64,000 nt of DNA from positions 267,579 to 331,578 of the forward strand of contig CBDCTW010000017.1 of the NCBI GenBank assembly GCA_965222425.1, read 5' to 3'. Every line of letters starts with the position of its first letter. Within the stretch, counting starts at the first letter, position 1. The position numbers and the translations under genes are program-made. This DNA is from Candidatus Marinacidobacterales bacterium (GTDB taxonomy: Bacteria; Acidobacteriota; Vicinamibacteria; Marinacidobacterales; DATDRI01). This document shows positions 60,311 to 64,000 of the stretch, piece after piece. The notes beneath the pieces were generated by a model that had not been told where the DNA came from, searched no databases, and saw only the letters and a program-made list of their open reading frames with translations.

Positions 60311-62287
60311 TCAGCCCGAGATCTCTTGTCGCACCGCGGTGGCCTTCTCCATTTCGCCGAGCTTGTCGTACAAGGACGCGAGAGCCCGAAGGAGTTTTTC
60401 GTCCGCTTGCTCTGCGTCGCGGGCCCGCTCGTAGTACTTAACGGCTTCGTCGAGGCGGCCGAGCTTCTCGGATGCGTAGCCGGCGAGGACGAGCATGTCG
60501 TAGTGGAACGGATCGCTCATCAAGCTTGGCACGATACCGTTCAGTGCCCGTTCGGGTTGACCTAGACCCAAGGCTAGGACGCCCAATTGGAGGCGGGCCG
60601 AGTCCAAGTCGGGCGTCCGCTCGACGGCCTTCTCGAGAGATTCGAGCGCGGCGAGGTTCTGCCCCAGAGCGATGTGCTGCTTGGCCCGTTCCACGTTCCA
60701 GAGACCACTCGTATTCGGCATCTCGGCGGGGCTGTTGACCAAAGGCGGTACCAGCTTCGGGCCAAGCTCGATTGTAAACGGTAGGCTGCGCTTTTGCCCC
60801 GAGCTCAGCTCGAGCTCCAGACGATGGTCGCCAGGCATGAGGGAGCTTCGGAGGCCAATCTCAAGGGCCATGAGAGCCGGCAGGCCGGGCGTGCCTCCGG
60901 AGAACTCCTGGTTCACGACGTGGATGAGCTCATCACCGTACATGATTTCACCTTTCACTCTGAGCGGTTCCTTCGATTCGGAAGGCGTTAGCACGAGGAA
61001 AGCGCGGAGAGCACCGCCCGGACGGTAGATTGCGGTTGGATGCGGCACGGGTAGCGCATCTCGGAAATGGAATGCGAGCTGCTTACCGAATCGGTCACGC
61101 CGTTGAAAGAAACTCGCCGGAACCATGTGGGAGACATCGATTTTTTCGGGTACGCGAATCCGTGTCTCGTAGGAATCGAAGACGCGCGCGGTGCGGCTGC
61201 GTACCAGGAAACGGAGCACGAACTCGCCCGGCACGATGGGTAAGCGTCCTTGGAGGCTTATCGGCCGCATCCTTGCGTCCTCCCAGGCACTCTCCCCCAC
61301 TTCGATCTCTCGCTTATCTCGGACTTGATAAACAGTCTTGCCGTCCGGCGTCTCGACGAGGACCTCGACGTCGAAAACGGTGTAATACGTCGTTTCGTAT
61401 CGATTGTATTTGGCACCCTCGGCGGGCAACTCGAGTGTGTAATGAACGAAAGTTCCGTTCGCGGAAGGCAGGAGAGCGACGAGGGCAGCCAAATTCGTCT
61501 TACGGAACATGTAGTCCACGTCGACGATGGCGCGGCCCGGCTCGTAGCGGCCCCGGAATTCGGGGTTCATGCTTTGGTTAGGGTAGTCCTCAATGACGGC
61601 GAGGATCTCGTGATGCGCAAAGGCTTGGGAGGAGCGCGGCTCCCCTGGAACCGGTGCGGTCACCGCCTGGTAGAGATCGCCGTCGACCTGGTAGAAGTAG
61701 CGATCCAACTGTCCTTGCCGCGCGCCCGGCATGAAGGCCGACGCGATTAAGGCTTGGGGGCCGTCACCGATCATGTTCCAGAGGCGATAGCGACCCGCCC
61801 CCCCCTTGCGGTAGAAGAGGAGATAGAAGAAGTCTGGCAGAGCGGGATCTGACGTTTGATAAAACCACAGTTCCATCGGATAAAGATCTCGCGCCTGATC
61901 GTAGCTCCTTCGTTCCCGGGGGCGGCCCAGCAGGATGTACGTACGACCCCGCTCGGTTCTCCAGCCTTCTCGCCCGTAGCCGCGAAAGAGCTTGTTGGCC
62001 TCCTTGGTCCGCTCAACGAATTCGTCGTGGAACTCGTTGCGGGTCGTGCCTGGCGTGGGATCCCGCACCTCCCAAAACGAAGCGATGAATCGATCGCGTT
62101 CCTCATCGGTCCTGAGCATCTTGTAGACTTCTTCCTCTTGCTCGGTAATGAGGTAGACCGCTTCTTGCTCGAGAAACCGTTGGTACTTGCCGGAGAGGGG
62201 AGTCGCTGACCCTTGCGCATTCGCCGGGACGGCACCCCCGAAGAGGAGGCCAACGCTAACGACGAGCGAGCTGATGAATCGCGACAT
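60311..62287 (-). CDS. GWxTD-domain protein with C-terminal TPR repeats, secreted
   Basis: Signal peptide; ..GYGREGWRTERGRTYILLGRP..; C-terminal TPR helices (..LGQPERALNGIVPSL..YYERARDAEQ..). Confidence 0.8.
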   Translation of the reverse strand: MSRFISSLVVSVGLLFGGAVPANAQGSATPLSGKYQRFLEQEAVYLITEQEEEVYKMLRTDEERDRFIASFWEVRDPTPGTTRNEFHDEFVERTKEANKLFRGYGREGWRTERGRTYILLGRPRERRSYDQARDLYPMELWFYQTSDPALPDFFYLLFYRKGGAGRYRLWNMIGDGPQALIASAFMPGARQGQLDRYFYQVDGDLYQAVTAPVPGEPRSSQAFAHHEILAVIEDYPNQSMNPEFRGRYEPGRAIVDVDYMFRKTNLAALVALLPSANGTFVHYTLELPAEGAKYNRYETTYYTVFDVEVLVETPDGKTVYQVRDKREIEVGESAWEDARMRPISLQGRLPIVPGEFVLRFLVRSRTARVFDSYETRIRVPEKIDVSHMVPASFFQRRDRFGKQLAFHFRDALPVPHPTAIYRPGGALRAFLVLTPSESKEPLRVKGEIMYGDELIHVVNQEFSGGTPGLPALMALEIGLRSSLMPGDHRLELELSSGQKRSLPFTIELGPKLVPPLVNSPAEMPNTSGLWNVERAKQHIALGQNLAALESLEKAVERTPDLDSARLQLGVLALGLGQPERALNGIVPSLMSDPFHYDMLVLAGYASEKLGRLDEAVKYYERARDAEQADEKLLRALASLYDKLGEMEKATAVRQEISG

Positions 62288-63147
62288 CAGTCCCCTCGCG
62301 ACATTTGTTTGAGGCCCCTTTTCACCAGAACTTCTACCATCTGCCGCCGGTAATTGCCGCTGGCACGGAAATCGTCGATGGGACGGGCTTCTTTAGCAGC
62401 GACAGAAGCGGCTTCCGCGATGGTCGACTCGGTCAAAGCTTCTCCCTGGAGGATTTCCTCGGCCTTAGGGGCGCGCATGGCGACCGGCGCCACCGCACCC
62501 AGGGCGATGCGGACCCGGTCCACTTTACCTCGTTCGAGCTTCACCGTCATGGCGACACTGACGATCGAGATCGCATCGGCCTTGCGCTTCCCGAGCTTGT
62601 AGTAAAACCAGCGCTCATCGTCATCGGGTTTGGCGAACTCGACGCTCGTAACCAGCTCATCCGCGCGTCGAGCGGTCTTGCGAACGCCCTGGAAGAATTC
62701 CGGGAGCGGCAAGGTGCGTGAGCCTCCCGAAGCGCTTTCCAGCTTAACGATGGCGTCGAGCACGAGCAAGGGAGGAGAGACATCGGCGGCAGGAGAAGCG
62801 TCGCAGATATTCCCGCCAACGGTTGCAAGGTTGCGGATGAGCGGGCCGGCGAAGGCGGCGCACATCGGTCGCATCAGCCCTTCTACCGCGCCACCTGGGC
62901 TCCATTCGAGGAGGCGAGTGAACGTGACACCTGCTCCCAGGCTGATGGTTCCGTTGTCGCTCGAGATCGGTTGCAAGGCTTCGAGTCGCGTTAAATCGAC
63001 GACCAGGTCGGCCTCCAAGGGCGCGCGTTTCATGTTGACCAACACATTGGTACCGCCCGCTACTGGTACGACCTGACCTTTTTCGGTGAGCGCCTGGAGC
63101 GCTTCTGAAACATCACGAGGCTGCGTGAACTCGAAGTCGTTGATCAT
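62287..63147 (-). CDS. FAD-binding subunit of a xanthine dehydrogenase / CO dehydrogenase-family molybdoenzyme (CoxM/XdhB-like)
   Basis: FAD_binding_5 (..VPVAGGTNVLVNMK..) and CO_deh_flav_C. Confidence 0.8.
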   Translation of the reverse strand: MINDFEFTQPRDVSEALQALTEKGQVVPVAGGTNVLVNMKRAPLEADLVVDLTRLEALQPISSDNGTISLGAGVTFTRLLEWSPGGAVEGLMRPMCAAFAGPLIRNLATVGGNICDASPAADVSPPLLVLDAIVKLESASGGSRTLPLPEFFQGVRKTARRADELVTSVEFAKPDDDERWFYYKLGKRKADAISIVSVAMTVKLERGKVDRVRIALGAVAPVAMRAPKAEEILQGEALTESTIAEAASVAAKEARPIDDFRASGNYRRQMVEVLVKRGLKQMSRGD

Positions 63148-64000
63148 GATTTTCGTGACCCGATGAGTGCGGTGACCTCTTCAGGAGTCAGCGGAAGGCG
63201 ATCGACGTCGACGTTGAGCACTTCGGTCAGCGCGTTGGCAACCGCGCCAGTGGGCGGTGCGATGGGTGGCTCCCCGACTCCCTTGGCCCCGACCGGTCCC
63301 TCGGTCGCCGCTTTCTCGACCAAAATCGTTTTCATCGGAGGCATGTCCTCGGCGGTCAAGAGCAGGTAGTCGGCAAAGGTTGGATTCAGGACCTTCCCCT
63401 TTACCTCGCGCAGTTCCTCCATCATTGCGAGGCCGAGTCCCATTGCGACGCCGCCCTCGATCTGCCCTTCACAGGCCGTGGGGTTGATGGCTTTACCGAC
63501 ATCGTGAGCGGCCGCGTAGCGCGTCACGGAAACCTCACCGGTTTCGTCGTCCACGGCGAGCTCCACCGCATGGGCGCAGAAGCTCGGGGCCGGCATCGCG
63601 GGGTAGGGATGGAAGCGGTGTCGTCCCTTGGGCGTCGGAGGGGGCTCGTCGAGGATCGACGAGCGGCCGATCAACGGCCCACCGTGCTTCTTGTGACGGT
63701 AGTAGCAAGCCTTCGACAAAGGCACCGAGCGAGAGGGATCCTCGCGGACGAAAATGCGATCCCCCTCGAGTGCGAGCGCCTCCACCGGAGCCTCGAGATG
63801 GTAGGCACCCTCTTCGAGCAACTGATGCTTGAGATCTTCGGCAGCTTCGTAGGCCGAACGTGCGACGGTGAACGCCATACGGCTGCCGCCGTGCCCATGA
63901 TCCCAGGGGAGCGTGTCGGTATCACCCCGAACGAGCTGGATCACCTCGGGAGGCACGCCGAGACCGGCCGCCGCCATTTGCAGCACACTCGTGGTCATGG
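63144..64000 (-). CDS. molybdopterin-binding large subunit (CoxL/XdhA-like), C-terminal about 285 aa; 5' part beyond window end
   Basis: ..AAHDVGKAINPTACEGQIEGGVAMGLGLAMMEEL..GAKGVGEPPIAPPTGAVANAL.. Confidence 0.8.
   Translation of the reverse strand, partial: MTTSVLQMAAAGLGVPPEVIQLVRGDTDTLPWDHGHGGSRMAFTVARSAYEAAEDLKHQLLEEGAYHLEAPVEALALEGDRIFVREDPSRSVPLSKACYYRHKKHGGPLIGRSSILDEPPPTPKGRHRFHPYPAMPAPSFCAHAVELAVDDETGEVSVTRYAAAHDVGKAINPTACEGQIEGGVAMGLGLAMMEELREVKGKVLNPTFADYLLLTAEDMPPMKTILVEKAATEGPVGAKGVGEPPIAPPTGAVANALTEVLNVDVDRLPLTPEEVTALIGSRKS

Overview
High-GC bacterial chromosomal fragment. The content (GWxTD-domain proteins at both window ends, PEGA domains, CarboxypepD-type TonB receptor N-terminus, BNR/sortilin repeats, PQQ beta-propellers) suggests an Acidobacteria/Gemmatimonadota-like organism; that is inference only. 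Right half (about 29.9-64 kb) is ordinary, mostly intact housekeeping and accessory genes: a five-gene Dpp/Opp-type peptide ABC transporter, amidohydrolase and amidase, a TPR sensor histidine kinase, leuB, ilvD, ilvB-ilvN-ilvC, a TerB/C39-peptidase-like cluster, a PDZ alpha/beta-hydrolase, a peroxiredoxin, a QueG/RdhA-like Fe-S protein, a GWxTD-TPR protein and CoxM/CoxL-type molybdoenzyme subunits. Left half (about 0.6-29.5 kb), plus two islets at 40.2-43.5 kb and 48.4-50.5 kb, is exceptionally rich in mobile DNA and gene debris. It holds three nearly identical copies of one IS256-family element (1398-2857 +, 7852-9311 -, 12581-14040 -), a second IS256-family element nested inside an ISKra4-like element (both with perfect target-site duplications), an ISL3-derived MITE with 24-bp terminal inverted repeats and an 8-bp TSD, and an IS481-like element inserted into an IS3-family relic. 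At least a dozen genes here are frameshifted, nonsense-mutated, internally deleted or fused into chimeric ORFs. Copies 1 and 2 of the main IS bracket a roughly 5-kb segment that appears to have been inverted by recombination between them; their reciprocal 8-bp flanks let two ancestral genes be reconstructed in frame, a ccoN-like heme-copper oxidase subunit I and a sortilin/BNR-PEGA protein. The most notable single gene is a 2-Cys peroxiredoxin (58475-59089) whose catalytic cysteine codon is TGA, followed 11 nt later by a SECIS-like hairpin, which makes it a candidate selenoprotein. Other points: a consensus promoter plus an intrinsic terminator in the leuB leader; a small AT-richer islet (ISL3-MITE, a 10-bp x 6.5 tandem repeat, a DUF222-HNH endonuclease, mazEF); a tri-domain Ser/Thr kinase-FGE-hydrolase protein; and an alkyltransferase-like (Trp-for-Cys) protein. 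No rRNA, tRNA or CRISPR array was recognised. Many frameshifts sit in G/C homopolymers, so some may be assembly errors rather than real decay.
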